From: Plasmodiophora brassicae
Taxonomy: Eukaryota
DNA: 64,000 nt
Reading direction: 5' to 3'
NCBI GenBank assembly: GCA_036867785.1
Contig: CP145410.1
Location: 62,001 to 126,000 of the forward strand
The notes under the pieces: model-generated
What the model was told of the DNA's origin: nothing
The model's database searches: none
Seen by the model: the letters and a program-made list of their open reading frames with translations, nothing else
Shown here: in pieces, positions 35,038 through 48,847 of the stretch
Layout: each line of letters opens with the position of its first letter
Numbering within the stretch: position 1 is the stretch's first letter
Program-made: the position numbers and the translations under genes

Positions 35038-35323
35038 ACTCGACTTGGAAGACGCGGCAAGCTGCTGATCAAGTCGACTTCGCCCGAGGCCAGGGCGCTC
35101 GAGTCGACCAAACTTCTGACCGAGTCATAAGTCGAGTTGACCGAAGTTGACCTGCAAGGCGACTCGACGCAAGTGGTATGCACCTCTAGACCTTCCACTG
35201 CTGTCGGGCCCGCGGTTCGTCAAGTCGACTTCGCGACTTCAAGTCGACTTGAGCAAGGCTTCAAGCGGCTTGCAAACTTTGACGTCGACTTCGAACGACT
35301 TAGCCAGGCATCGAAGTCGACTT
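35038..35323. repeat. Cluster of palindromic AAGTCGACTT motifs
   Basis: Perfect copies at 35071, 35222, 35241 and 35314, plus about 4 variants. Confidence 0.8.
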
Positions 35324-35413
35324 AAACAGCTGCTACGAAGTCACGAGACAAGACAGTTCGTCACGGTAAGCCTCCAAGGGCAGTGCCAATGAAAGCCGTC
35401 AGCTTCATAACTG

Positions 35414-37659
35414 TCACATTCTGAAGACTCCAAACTCGGTGGGTTCAATGGGCGCATTCAGTGCCGCAGTGAGAGACAATCCCAGTACCAGGCGGGTATC
35501 CTTGGGGTCAATTATGCTGCAGGAATGTCCGACGTCAGAGAGGAATCCTTCGATCGTAATTCAGGATCAGTAAACGCCTACCCGTCATCCCACAGCCTTG
35601 CGGAGGAGTAATACGCTGCACTTTCACGTTCAAACTGCTCCAGCAGCGGGGCTTTTACCTTCGCCTCCTCTTCTGCGCTTAGCTGCGTCCCCGATCTCTC
35701 GGCCTTGTCACGCTCCAGCTAACATACACGCCCGTTAGTGATGAGACAGAAGCGCACAGGGCCTCAAACCTGCGCAATGACGCCAGCTGCTTGTTCTGCG
35801 CCCATCACAGATATCCTCGAATTCGGCCACATGTAGAGTAACCTTGGCGAGAACGCTGGAAGAGCTTAGAATCCAACTCGGGCACTGGACGAATATTGTT
35901 GAGGTACCTCGACCACACATTCCTGAGACAGGTAACGAAGATTTGCATGTCAACGAGCTGGGAAGCGATTGAAATGAACAACGTACCATAGTTGCCGGCA
36001 CCGTACGAACCGCCGACAATGAGCGTTAGCTTGGGAACATTTGCACACGACACCGCCATGACCTGCATTAACAGGAGCGGATTGAGACCAGACAGACGAC
36101 AGCACCGTCGTCGGTCCCGACCATTTTCGCACCATGCTTCGCAATGCCTTCCGCCTCGTACTGTTTACCAACCATCTGCAACGCACCAAACATTCACGAG
36201 AAAGCAAGACACGTGATCCACACGACGAGGGTACAAATCCACTGATGTTCTGCAGGAACAGGATGGGCGTGTTCCTCTGCGCGCATATCTCAATGAACTG
36301 GGCGCCCTTCACGGCCGATTCCGAGAACAGGATCCCGTTGTTCGCCACAATACCGATACGTTGCCCGTAAAGATGAGCCCACCCGGTGACCAGAGTATCG
36401 CCGAATCTGTTGACGCATGAGCGACGCGCCTGTTCTCAAAATCAGGAGGACTGACAGTTTCTTGAATTCGAGGAACCGGCTTCCGTCGACAATTCGTGCG
36501 ATGATTTCTCGAACGTCGAACGGTTTCTTCGTTTCTGCAGGTACAATCCCTCGCAACTCGATCGACGGGTACAGGGGCTCCTCGACCTGGCTCAAGTCAA
36601 ATTCGAGCTTCTGTGGCGGTGCTGAGTGGAGTATGGAGCGGGCGATGCTGAGCGCGTGGTCGTCACTCTCCGCCCAGTGGTCAATAACGCCAGACTTTCG
36701 GCAGTGCACGTCGGCCCCTCCAAGGTCCTCAGCTGAAACAACTTCACCCGTTGCCGCGCGAACTAACGGCGGCCCTGCCAGGAACACTGTCCCAGTTCCC
36801 TTGACGATAATGTTCTCATCCGCCATCGCTGGAACGTAAGCACCGCCAGCTGTGCAGCTGCCCATTACGACAGCGATCTGAGGAATGCCCTCTGGACACG
36901 TACAGAGTCAGGCGGGAGCGATACGTGGACGGGCGATCGACGGCAGCATACTCGCCGACATCCGGGCTTGGTTGAAGAAGATGCGCCCAAAGTGGTCACG
37001 GTCAGGGAACGTCTCGCTTTGATTGGGCAGGTTGACACCGCCCGAATCGACGAGATAAACGCATGGCAGACGGTTCTGCTCAGCGATCTCCTGGGCACGC
37101 AGATGCTTCTTGATGGTAATCGGGTAGTACGTGCCGCCCTTGACTGTCGAATCTGAACCGACGACCAACAGGTGTGAGCCATCTCGAGCAACGGGCAGCT
37201 GACGGCACCCCTTCGCCCACCATTGCAAACGATAACGCACTGGCGACCTGCCACTCGTCCAATACCGGTTACGATACTGCCCGCGGGAGTATAGTCCTTG
37301 TACAGGTCGTATCCAGCCAGCTGGGAAAATTCAAGGAACGGTGTCCTGATGGGTATTCAGTGGCGCCCGAATCGGACGCGGGCTTCAGGTTACCCGGGAT
37401 CGACGAGGCGGTCAATTCGATCGCGTGGGAGACGTTTCCCCCTTGCCACATGCCGATCACGGCTCGCCTTCCCGCCACCGAACTTGACCTTCTCGACCAG
37501 TCGCGTCAGGTCGTCCGCGAGCCGGGCCCCGTACGCAGCGTTCGCTTCGTACTCGGCGCCGCCCGTCTCCAACCGGGACTGCAGGACGGGGAACGATGCC
37601 GCGCGGCGACGCGCCGCGCACCCGACCCGGGTACCCACCAGCCTCGGAACCGTCAGCAT
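35414..37659 (-). CDS. MCCC2: Methylcrotonyl-CoA carboxylase beta subunit with mitochondrial presequence-like N-terminus
   Basis: [71 protein letters not shown] and C-terminal FGVFRM*. Confidence 0.95.
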
Positions 37660-37849
37660 TCCCCCGTTCGATCACGTGCGGGCAAAAATTGTACCCACAC
37701 TTTGGCAACCACAACACCCGTCACGTCGTCGGCCACGACGTTCCGTTTCACGACGAACACGGCGTCCCGGTGTGGACATTTTGGCGGTACGTACCCTTGT
37801 GGCACGCCCGGAGGTCCGAGCCGGTACCGCCGAACCGGGGCACACGTCA

Positions 37850-38700
37850 GATGCGGTTGCGCCGTGTACCCATGGGGTTGCTATTGCCGGTGCTGATGGT
37901 GTGCGGGCAACAGGATGAGGCACCGAGGTATGAGGTCGTCCGTGGGTGCAGGTCGCAGCTGGTCGCCATAATCCCGACGTCGCTGATGGAGCGGTACCTG
38001 GATACGAGGTCCTGGTCCTGTTAACCCATCCGGGGAATAGTGCACTCATCGGGCTTGGTTGGACAGCGAGAAGAACGTGTGCGTTGATGTCGTCCCGGTT
38101 GCGTACGGTCCGACAGCAAGCACAGGGCGTCCCGCAGGGCAACCGGTGCCTCATGACTCGAATACGAGTTCGCACAATGTCAAGCAGGTCGCTACGAGAC
38201 CAGCCGAAGTCGACGTGCCTGATCAGTCCCGGGACGCAAGTAGCCATCAGGGGCGGGCCACCAGCAGGGACGTTGGCGATGGCGCAGGGCAACCTCGAAA
38301 CGCTCCCGCTCCATCCGAACCGCCAGTCGATGGCACTCTACCGGAGCGGACGTCTACGCCAGTAACCCAGCAGCGTTCGCCACCGGATTCACCGCAGTCT
38401 GATGATGCACCGTCAACGTCGGCGTTTTCAGCTAAACACCCCCTGCAGACGGCCGCGCCAGAGCCCCAACCACGAGCTGGTCAGACACGGCCCTCGTTCC
38501 GTCAGCAGCACCCAGCCGGGTTCTACGCAGGCGGCGCCCTGGCAATTCTATTCATCGTCATTGCCATCGTCACTTTGTTCATCATCCTGCGCAAACGATG
38601 GGTAAACAGCAACACACGTACGGAGTATGTGTCGGCCCGTGACCTGTCCCTGCAACTGCAGTGCACTGCGCGGTGCGCGCGAGGAATAGTGCGTGACTGG
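37850..38700 (+). CDS. Putative single-pass membrane protein with Pro/Ser/Thr-rich region; exon structure unresolved
   Basis: Hydrophobic leader MGLLLPVLMVC; PST-rich stretch; TM segment GGALAILFIVIAIVTLFIIL followed by RKR. Confidence 0.4.
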
Positions 38701-38729
38701 GCGCGCCGTTGCCATTGGCGCCAAGCAGC

Positions 38730-40047
38730 ATGTCGGCGTCCGAGCTAGCGACGAGTAGCGCACTGACGCGGGCCTGCAGTGGATATTCGTCGACGGCGTT
38801 GCGCCATGTGCGACAGATGCTGGAGGCGGACGATGCCGACTCGCTGGCGGGCGGCGTCCGCGATGTACTCGTTAAGCAGAGGGCGGGCGCGCGTCGCCGC
38901 GTACTGTCGCAGGCGATGCGCGCCCAAATCGAATTGTTGCGCGCCATGCCGAACACTCTGCAGCAGATCGCCATCGACGTTCTCAATAACCCGAACCTGC
39001 TCGACAATGCGGCCTATGTTCGCGAACGCCGCCAAAGAAGTGTGTTGCCGGCTGCGACGTCGAATTCGCGCGGTGACGACAGCGCTCTGCCTCAGTTGAT
39101 CGCCAAGTGGCTCAGGCAGTTGCCTCCTCTGCCACCAATGCCGGCCCATCGCATACGAACTTGGTTTATCCGACCTGGTGACATGCAGGATGAGCCAGCT
39201 GTAGGCAGAGCGTGTGATGCGAATCAGGTGACGGATACCACCGATGGATCCGTTGAGTTGCCAGCAGAGGTCGATCAAAGCGTCTGCGGATCTAGTGAAG
39301 ATGAAGAGTCTGGCGAATACGAATTACATCCCGAAGCGCCAGCGCCGTCTAACGAGGTCAACGAGGAGGTCAATATATCGAGCAGTGGCGATGATGACGA
39401 GGAGGAGGAAGTCGACCAGTACGAGATCGAGTTGTCGCCACGTAAAGAAAGCGTTGAAGCGACACCTGGTGGATCGAAGCATGTGCCGTCGCTCTCTGAG
39501 ATTGCGCTGACTCTGAAATCGGGTACCCCTGAGTTGCCATCAGCCACTGCAACGTCAACGAAGAAACGCAATGACGTGTCTGCGAAGGCGCCCACAAAGC
39601 GTCTGGTGAAACGCGTCAAGTTTGCGAGGCCTGCCCAGAAGTACTGCACGCCGTGTGAATTCTGGGCAACGATGCGCTGTGCCAAGGGCGATCAATGCCC
39701 ATTCAGTCATGACGGAGCACAGACACGATCCAGTGTCATCTGTCGCTACTTTATGATGGGCTCCTGCGTCAAGGGCGAAGACTGCTCGCATTCACATGAC
39801 GTCCCCTGTAAGCATTTCCACCTGGGTAAACGGTGTAAGGATGTCGGCTGCAGGTTCAAGCATGATCCAATGACGACGTCGGTGATAACGACAGGCGCCC
39901 TTTGCAAAGTATCTAACTGTTGTCGGTGATAGGGAGGAGCTGGAACTTTTCCGCCAGCGAGTAAGCCAGGGATACTACCTGAAACCTGCAGCAGCCGCAG
40001 GTGAACCATCTGCGCCAGTGTTGCCAGACAATCCATTCGAGGCATGA
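38730..40047 (+). CDS. CCCH zinc-finger protein with three C-terminal CCCH fingers
   Basis: CEFWATMRCAKGDQCPFSH, CRYFMMGSCVKGEDCSHSH and CKHFHLGKRCKDVGCRFKH; last exon ends DNPFEA*. Confidence 0.8.
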
Positions 40048-40128
40048 TGCAGCGGAATGCTGGACCGTTCGCGGATCTGGACGAATGCGATTTATTGTTG
40101 AGCGCAGCGCTTCATCGCATTGGCCCGC

Positions 40129-41308
<1,180 letters not shown>

Positions 41309-41661
41309 TCACTATCATACTCACAAACGGCCACGAGCGTGCCCCTGATGACATGGACCTTGGTGCTATACGAACAGGTGGCGGGACGGGACCCGCCCCT
41401 GGGGTATGGTCTCGACAGCTGCAGCACGACCGTCTGAAGTGGGCGCTCGAATGACATAACGAGCAGCGATGGGATAGGCGGATACTAGCGGGATATGTAG
41501 GTCAACGTTCAACAAGCTCCACGACATCGCACACGAAGGCTTTTATTTTTGTCTTGGGCTCAACAATCATTCCTTCCGTCGTCAGCTGCATCACACATTG
41601 CGCCACGGGGTCGACCGCACCGGCGCACACCGCCACGAGATCCGACTTCGTTCAGTCGTAG

Positions 41662-43242
41662 ATGCTGGTGAGTGGATGCCGTCACGTTGCGCGCCGATGC
41701 GGGCGACTGCTGGCGACACTATCGTCGTCGACGGCCCGGGAAGATCTGATCAGGAAGATGTCGGACGACCTGGGCGCCGACGCGGACGTCTCCATGGCGT
41801 ACATGTGCAAGCCGGAAGACGATGTATCCGAGGAGCCACCCGCGCCTGCACCTGGTGGAGTCCCCGACGCTGATATGTCCATCACGTTTCTGGGGACGTC
41901 CGCAGGTGGGCCTAGCTCCATTCGGAATTCGTCGTCACTGGTCGTGTCCACGGCGGCGACGTCGTGGATGTTTGATTGCGGAGGTCCTTCATCGCACTCT
42001 GTTGGTTCTCTCGCATCATGCTGATCGAATCGTTCAGAGGGTACTCAGCATCGGATGTTCCGCTGTTCGGCGCCCAGGATGCGGCCGAGTGCCATCGACC
42101 GCATCTTCATCACGCATATGCACGCCGACCATGTCCTCGGGCTGCCCGGCATCCTCCTATACATATCAACGTCTCAGACTGTCCGGACAACGCCCTTGCA
42201 TATCTACGGGCCGCTGGGCCTCAGGGCATACATTCGCAACACGTTGCAGTCGGTCTGCACGAACCTGCAGATTCCGTACTACGTTCACGAGATCAAGGTC
42301 GACCGCGCGAACCCGGATAAGCCTATCCGAGTGTACGTTCGCGTGCGTTTCCGTGGACCCTGTTGTCTGAGCTTGGCTTCCGTGTCGATAGTCTAAACGA
42401 TGGGCGATTCGAGGTACATGCCGCTCCTATTCGTCACTCGATTGATTGCTTTGGTTACGTTATCACTGAAGTGGACCGCGCTGGCGAGCTGGATGCCGAA
42501 CGGCTCCGGGCTGACGGTGTCGAACCGGGTAATGCCCTCTGTCAATCTGGTTACCGTATCATCGAAATAACCGTCAGTCGGTTAGGCCCGATCTACAGGT
42601 TGCTGAAAGGAGGCGACAGTGTCACGCTTCCGGATGGACGAACCATCAATGGCAGCGACTACGTGAACGGCGTGATTCCTGGCCGAAAGATTGTCATTCT
42701 TGGCGACACGTTTAATGCCGACAACCTGCTCGAGAAAGCGCAAGGCGCCGGTCTGTGTCAACGCTGAAATCAGTGCCCGGATAAGGAGTCTGAATGCGTC
42801 GTGGGTCCCCCCACAGATGTCGTTGTGCACGAGGCAACGGCGCCCGACCAGGACGCTGCACAAGCCGTGCGGAGAGGGCACTCGACCCCGTCAATGGCCG
42901 CACGATTCGCACGACAAGCCAAAGCCCGACTACTCATCCTGAATCATGTCAGCCCGAAGACCACAGACGAAGGCGTTGCCAGGCTGCACGGCGACATGCC
43001 CTATGTCAACCTTCGTGACCAGGCCGTTCGCACTATGAAATCCGGTGCGGACGTGTGCAACGACTCGCCTGTCCTGATCTGCTACTGACCGGCGAACGTG
43101 CTACACAGACAACGTCATCGTCGCCTTCGACTACCTGCGCGTCTGCGTCAATCGGCGTCCTACGGTCCCAAAGGTGCCCAGCGCTGACGTTTCAAGGTCC
43201 CCGCCTGCAGATAGGCCGGCGCAATCGGAACCGCAGCTCTAG
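41662..43242 (+). CDS. tRNase Z, short form (ELAC1/bacterial-like)
   Basis: FLGTSAGGPSSIRN, FDCG|EGTQ, ITHMHADHVLGLPG, GP-type flexible arm, HEAT, GHST and LNHVS motifs. Confidence 0.9.
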
Positions 43243-43568
43243 TTCCGCGCCGGCGTACGCCATCGTTTATAATTCCTAGTTTGCCTGTTCAGCGGGCAAA
43301 GCTCGTCGAACGCGTACCACACCGTACCTAGACGTCCGTCCGTCCCTGTGTACATACAATATCGGTGAACTGCTGCGCAGGCTGCATGCAATGCCCTTCG
43401 TCGTAGGTACATATTCGTACGGGTAGCCTGGTCGAGTGGGCGCTGGCCGTGGAATTCTATTTTTATGCCGATGGCGTGCGAACCCGACCCAAAACGGCTC
43501 GTCGTTGTTGTCATTCATTTCGTGGCCCGGGGCGAAGCGGTGGGTCGGCGCTGCTCCCAGAGACGCCA

Positions 43569-44560
43569 ATGGGGTCGTCGTCGTCCGAGAAGCTGCGGAT
43601 CGCCAGCCATTTCCTGCTGCAGAGCCCGCCCGGTCAGGTCGACCAGGTCCTGCGGGACGTCCGCATCCTGCTCGGGTCGGACGCGTCGGCGCTGACGCGG
43701 CCGCAGCTCGACGCCGCCCTGTCGCAGTACAACCAGGCGCAGTTCGTGTTCGCGCCCGCCCCGGACGCTCCCAATGAGAACGTCATGTGCTGTCCACAAG
43801 CACAGGCGGATACCGGCAGCAAGGATCGCGACGTCTACGCGAACCCGAACAACCATCAGGTTCGTCACGTCATCGCATATGACCCTGTTGAGACCAACGC
43901 TGTCGTGCAGTTGCTGAAATTTGATAACGTGAACCGGACGTGGTCGTCGGAGAAGGGGCGAGCGAAATCGGCGCCGCCTGCCATTGAGGAGTATCGCGTG
44001 GCGATCCAGGACGCCGTCCACAAGTACGCTGCCAGCGTCTACCTGGACGAGTCCAAGTACGCGATCGGCGTGTTCGCGACAGCCACCGGCGACGTTTCGG
44101 TTGTACTGAGCGCCAAGAACATCGCCCTGCATAATTTCTGGGCGGGCTCCTGGAGGACGGTGTTCACTCTGAACGTGAGCAAGCCGGGTGCCCGTTCGCC
44201 GATTGGCGCCCACATCCGCGTCAACGTGCACTACTTCGAGGACGGCAACGTGCAACTGAACACCGAGTTCAAGCGCTCTGAGTCGATCCAGATCGGGGAC
44301 CCAGCGGCGACCGCATCGGCGGTGCACGCCGCCATGGACACGATCGAAACGGAATTCCAGACCAGCCTAGAGGAGTTCTACGTCGACATGCACAAGCAGA
44401 CGTTCGCGGGCATGCGCCGGTTCCTCCCCGTTACGCGTACGCCCATGGACTGTAAGTCGCTCCTAGATGCCAGTCTGTTGCCAGCGTTGGTCGAATGCTG
44501 CTGATGCGTTCCGCAGGGAATCCGAACGCGCATAAGCTCGCCGCTCAGCTCAAGAACTGA
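43569..44560 (+). CDS. CAPZA: F-actin capping protein alpha subunit
   Basis: HFLLQSPPGQ, NFWAGSWR, VHYFEDGNVQL and RRFLPVTRT motifs. Confidence 0.95.
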
Positions 44561-44585
44561 ATGCTGCTACCGCCATGTAATACAT

Positions 44586-45954
44586 TTAAATCTGCCCATC
44601 GCTTTTAAGTTCCTGCACTCCGCTCGCCAGAGACGACAGGGCGGTTGCGTGTTGACAGGTACATGACCGGTTAAGCACAGTCCGAGTGGCAGTCATCACC
44701 ACTCGCTTCGATCTGACATTCACACGCAGCACGTATTTAGCCGTCTGCCCCGCTGCCCACATACAGCGGCGACGGGGCATACCTGAATGGTTGAATGCGA
44801 TATCCCGAACTGTTCTCTTAGGACTCGCTGGGCGCTCTGCAGGACGGCCTCATGATGACCGATTCGGTCCACTTCCAGGTGAACCGACAGCGACGTTCTG
44901 CCTTGCTTGATCGACCAGATACTGAGGGCACGACCCGTCAATGAACATCCTCATTTTCCCCAGACAAGCAATCACGCGCTTACTGTAAATCGTGGACCTG
45001 TCGAACGTACTCGATCTTCTTCAAACTCTCTCTTACAGAGCGATTACTGATGTGGACCGGGGCACCCTCCATCAGCACATGAATACATTCCCTTAGTAGA
45101 CCTAAACAGGCGCGGATTACGATCAGTGGGCGATGAAACCATTGTACACAGCTACACCGACCGGTCGTCGAGAACAGGACGATCAGTCCGAAGAAAAACG
45201 TACAGATCGGGTCGACAATGGTCCACGTTGGATGCCACCAGACGACGAAGGCGGCAATCAAGACCCCCAACGACTGCACCAGGTCGCCGATAGCATGAAT
45301 GAGGGCGGCACGGACATTGACATTCTGGTGGCTGTGCCCTCCCAGCAACGGCTCAGTGTGCGAGTGGCCATCATGACTGTGCTCGCCGGTCGACGATGGG
45401 CCGCTTGAATGCGAATGGGCATGCGAATGGGAGTGCCCCGAGGAATGCAGGACCAGAGCGATGACTGCGTTAACGACAAGGCCGCACCCGGCCAGTGAAG
45501 CCATCATCTTGCCGTTAACGGGCTCGGGGTTCTGAATGCGGAAGAACGCCTCGACGAACAGGAAGCCCGTCACGATCCAAATCAGGACGACGGACATCAG
45601 TGCGCCGATGATTTCCATTCGGTACCAACCGAACGATAAATGCTCGGTTGCGGGTCGGGACGACAGCCACAAGGCGAACACGGATATGAGGAACCCGGCC
45701 AGGTCGGCCAGCAGATGGGCGGCATCGGTCATGATGGCCAGCGAGTTGGCAAAGTACCCGCCAACGGCCTCCAGGACCATGAATATGACGCAGAACCCGG
45801 CGGCGATGGTCAGCTTGCGCTGGGCGACGGCTGCCTCGCCATTGGCGATGGCCTCGGCGGCGAGACCCGCCCCCGGGCCCGTCCGGATCGCCGACAGCAG
45901 CTCGATCTGCGAATCGTCGGCGGCGGGAATGTCATCGATCGGGATCTCCGCCAT
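44586..45954 (-). CDS. CDF/ZnT zinc transporter (SLC30A2-like); last exon uncertain
   Basis: SLAIMTDAAHLLAD, His-rich loop, NVNVRAALIHAIGD, VDPICTF, LMEGAP and HDL|HIWSI. Confidence 0.9.
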
Positions 45955-46239
45955 CGGGCGCGCTCCTAACGCCCAGTCCAAAACGGAATGAACGGCCCGT
46001 CAGACGCCACACCGCTGCCGACTCGGACGGCGTCCCTTGGGGGCTTGGCCCGCCGACCGTCTGTGATGCGGTGCAAAACGTTTACCGACGGGCGGCGTTT
46101 TCTTCTGCGCGACTGGCACAACCGCTGCCCTGCGGGAGTGCTGACCGGCGCCGGACACTTCGCCGTGAAATATCTCGCACGACCCACAAGGGTACGGCCT
46201 ACTATGTACAGGTAGTTGACCGCGAAGTGTTTAACCATC

Positions 46240-47763
46240 ATGGCCTCGGCACGGCTTCTGTTGATCTCCCGGGCCCTCTTCGTCGCGTTCGCAGTGTTCG
46301 ACCTTCTGCTGTTCCCAGCGGTCGTCATTGTGCCGTTCCTAAAGCGCCGTCACTCGGAGTACATCCGCTGCCGGCAGCCCTGGCTTGTTGTCCTGCACTA
46401 CGTCGGCCAGTGCCTGATCCACCTGATCATGCTGTACGAGGTCTTTGCAGGCGCGGCCTGCCCAGCGCATTCCAGCACACTCTTGTATGAAATCATCATC
46501 CCGTTCCTGGTTGACGGCGTCACGGTCCGAGCGTATTCCCTGTACTGGCGTACGCGCCTGACCCGCGCCAAGGTCCTCGCCGTGAACAAACCGCCAAACA
46601 AGAAAGCATCGGGCATTGGCCGTCCGAATGCGATCTCGGCGCCCCAGGGCCTTCTAACCCAGTCCGATCAGTGGTACCTGGCACGGCCCTGGATCGCCAG
46701 TGACAGGACTGCCATGCGCCTGTTCCTCACATGCGTCGTCGTTCACCTCGTAATCGCCACTACTGACCTGATCGCCAGCTCCGCCCTTGGCGTCTGCATT
46801 ACGGGCGTCGGCTTCCTACTGGCCACCTGCCTGAGCTTCGTCACCCTCGGCTTCCTGTTTGCCATCTCATGTCGCCTTCGCACCTGCAGCGACGCCCTTC
46901 ACATTAAGGTTCGACGACATCTGCTGCGGGTCAATGCGTTCCTCCATTCACGTGGGCCCATGCAGTCGTCGCTGGTCTGGCAAGCACGCCTAGCCGCCTG
47001 CAACGTCGTCATGTTCGTCGTTGTATCCGTACCACAAATCAGCGACCTATGTAAGTCGGCACGTACGTTCGCGCGCCTCGAACGTTGAAGCGCATCGTTG
47101 AACGTAGACGCGGACGCGTTCCCTTTGCTGCCAGCGTACATGTGGTTGAACGCGCGGGTATCCAGCGTCACCGAGCTCGTCGTCCCGTTATGGCTGTCGT
47201 ACAGAGGGTACTCAGCAGTCGACCAGGACATTGACAAGCTGTTGAAGCATGACGAATTTCGGCACGCGTTCACATCGTTCCTCGAAATGGAGTTCTGCCC
47301 GGAAATCATGCTCTTCTACGACGCCATGTGCGCGTACAAGGCGCTGTTTGCCGCGACGATGCGGAGCAGGTGGGCAGGCAAGGACAAGAGGACGTCGTCG
47401 ACGGTCCAGTCAATCGACAGCGATAGCGTGGTGTCGATGGAATTCGGAGACCTGACGTCGTTCTCCGGTGATCGATCCGCTGAGATGGGCGAGGCGATCT
47501 ACCGCGAGTTCATCGCCGTCGGCAGTGCCAACGAGCTCAACATATCGGGGCGGCTCCGAGCGCGATACGATGCGCTGTTCAGGAAGGACAACGACCATGT
47601 CCTGCTGCACGTTGCGCCGGGGGACGCTGCCCCAGATGCCCCCAGACCCGGCCCTGCCCTGTTCGACCCGGTCTGGAGCGCCATGGTCCTGCTGATCCAG
47701 AACGGGAAGATCCAGAGGTTCTCCAGCACCGACATTGGACGGGAGCTGCTCAGACTCGTCTAA
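46240..47763 (+). CDS. 7TM-RGS protein
   Basis: About seven hydrophobic helices followed by an RGS box: FTSFLEMEFCPEIMLFY, IYREFIAVGSANELNIS, LFD...QRF. Confidence 0.8.
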
Positions 47764-48010
47764 CTATACTTGGGTGGGGGTCAGCTTCGGCCCTAATCCG
47801 GGCCGTCAGGCGCCAGCAACGGGAAGCTGCACCCTGACAGATGCAGCCCGCAGTCGGGGGTCGATATTGCGCAGTCAGCTGCCTGTCTGGCGTCAGGACT
47901 TGGCACAAGCGTACCTACCTATAGCAATACAGCACACATGCGGCCGCGCATTCGATGAGGTCCCCGCCCCTGTGCGATCGATCTGGCGTTACGCGGGGGG
48001 CCGCGGGACG

Positions 48011-48803
48011 ATGACGACGAGCACGGGGATCGGATCGTCGACGTCAGGCAACGGTTCGATCAGCATCTACTACGAAGCGTTATGGGTGCTGGCGCTGTTC
48101 GCTGCGACCGCTGTACTTCGTGAGGCCGTCGGCGAGTTGTCCTGCCATCGGATCGCGTATCGCCTCCTGTCGTGCTCGTTCGTGCGCGCCCGCACGATCG
48201 ACATCTTCATGTCGTGCTCGAACGGGGGCCGGTCCCTCGGGTTCGGTGCGGCATGGCGAATGTGGCGACTCGACGATGTGATTCCCGGGTCGGCGTACCT
48301 GATGCCGATGATGTGCTGGGCGGTCGGCATGCCCATCAAGCTGATCGCCGTCACCGCCGTCAGAGAGAACGCCATCTTCGGCCAGGTACGTACGAACCGA
48401 CAAACCGCAACGCTGACCCGGCGGCTGTGAACCCGGCATCCAGGCAGGCGCATGGGCACTGGGTATCGCATGGATCGTGCTGGCGGTCAGCGTGAAGATT
48501 GTCGCCATGTTCTACGACCGTCACCACGGGATGGGGCTCGATGATCGCCACCGTCTGGTCAGCTACCGGCGGATCATCCAGTCGCGATTGTGCACGACGG
48601 CAGGGTTCGCCGTCGTATTCGGGGACGATAACGGCGTGCGGGATCCCAAGGACGTGGTCGTGAACGACGACGGCAGTCTGGGCGTGTCGGTACAATGGGC
48701 GAAGGAGGGCAAGGGGTCGAAATTGACCATGCGAGCAGCCAGGCGGGATGTCAGGGCCAGCGACCCGACGCCGAACGGGTTGGAGAAGATGTCAGCGGGA
48801 TAA
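48011..48803 (+). CDS. Hypothetical membrane protein, 2 exons
   Basis: Three hydrophobic segments; GTACGT...CAG intron at ~48386-48443. Confidence 0.5.
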
Positions 48804-48847
48804 CCGGCCAGCAATGTAGTAGACCCGTCCAGTCCGGTTGTGCATCG

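Noticed and set aside
35038-35323. CRISPR-like array of palindromic repeats
   Set aside because: The repeat is only 10 bp and spacing is irregular.
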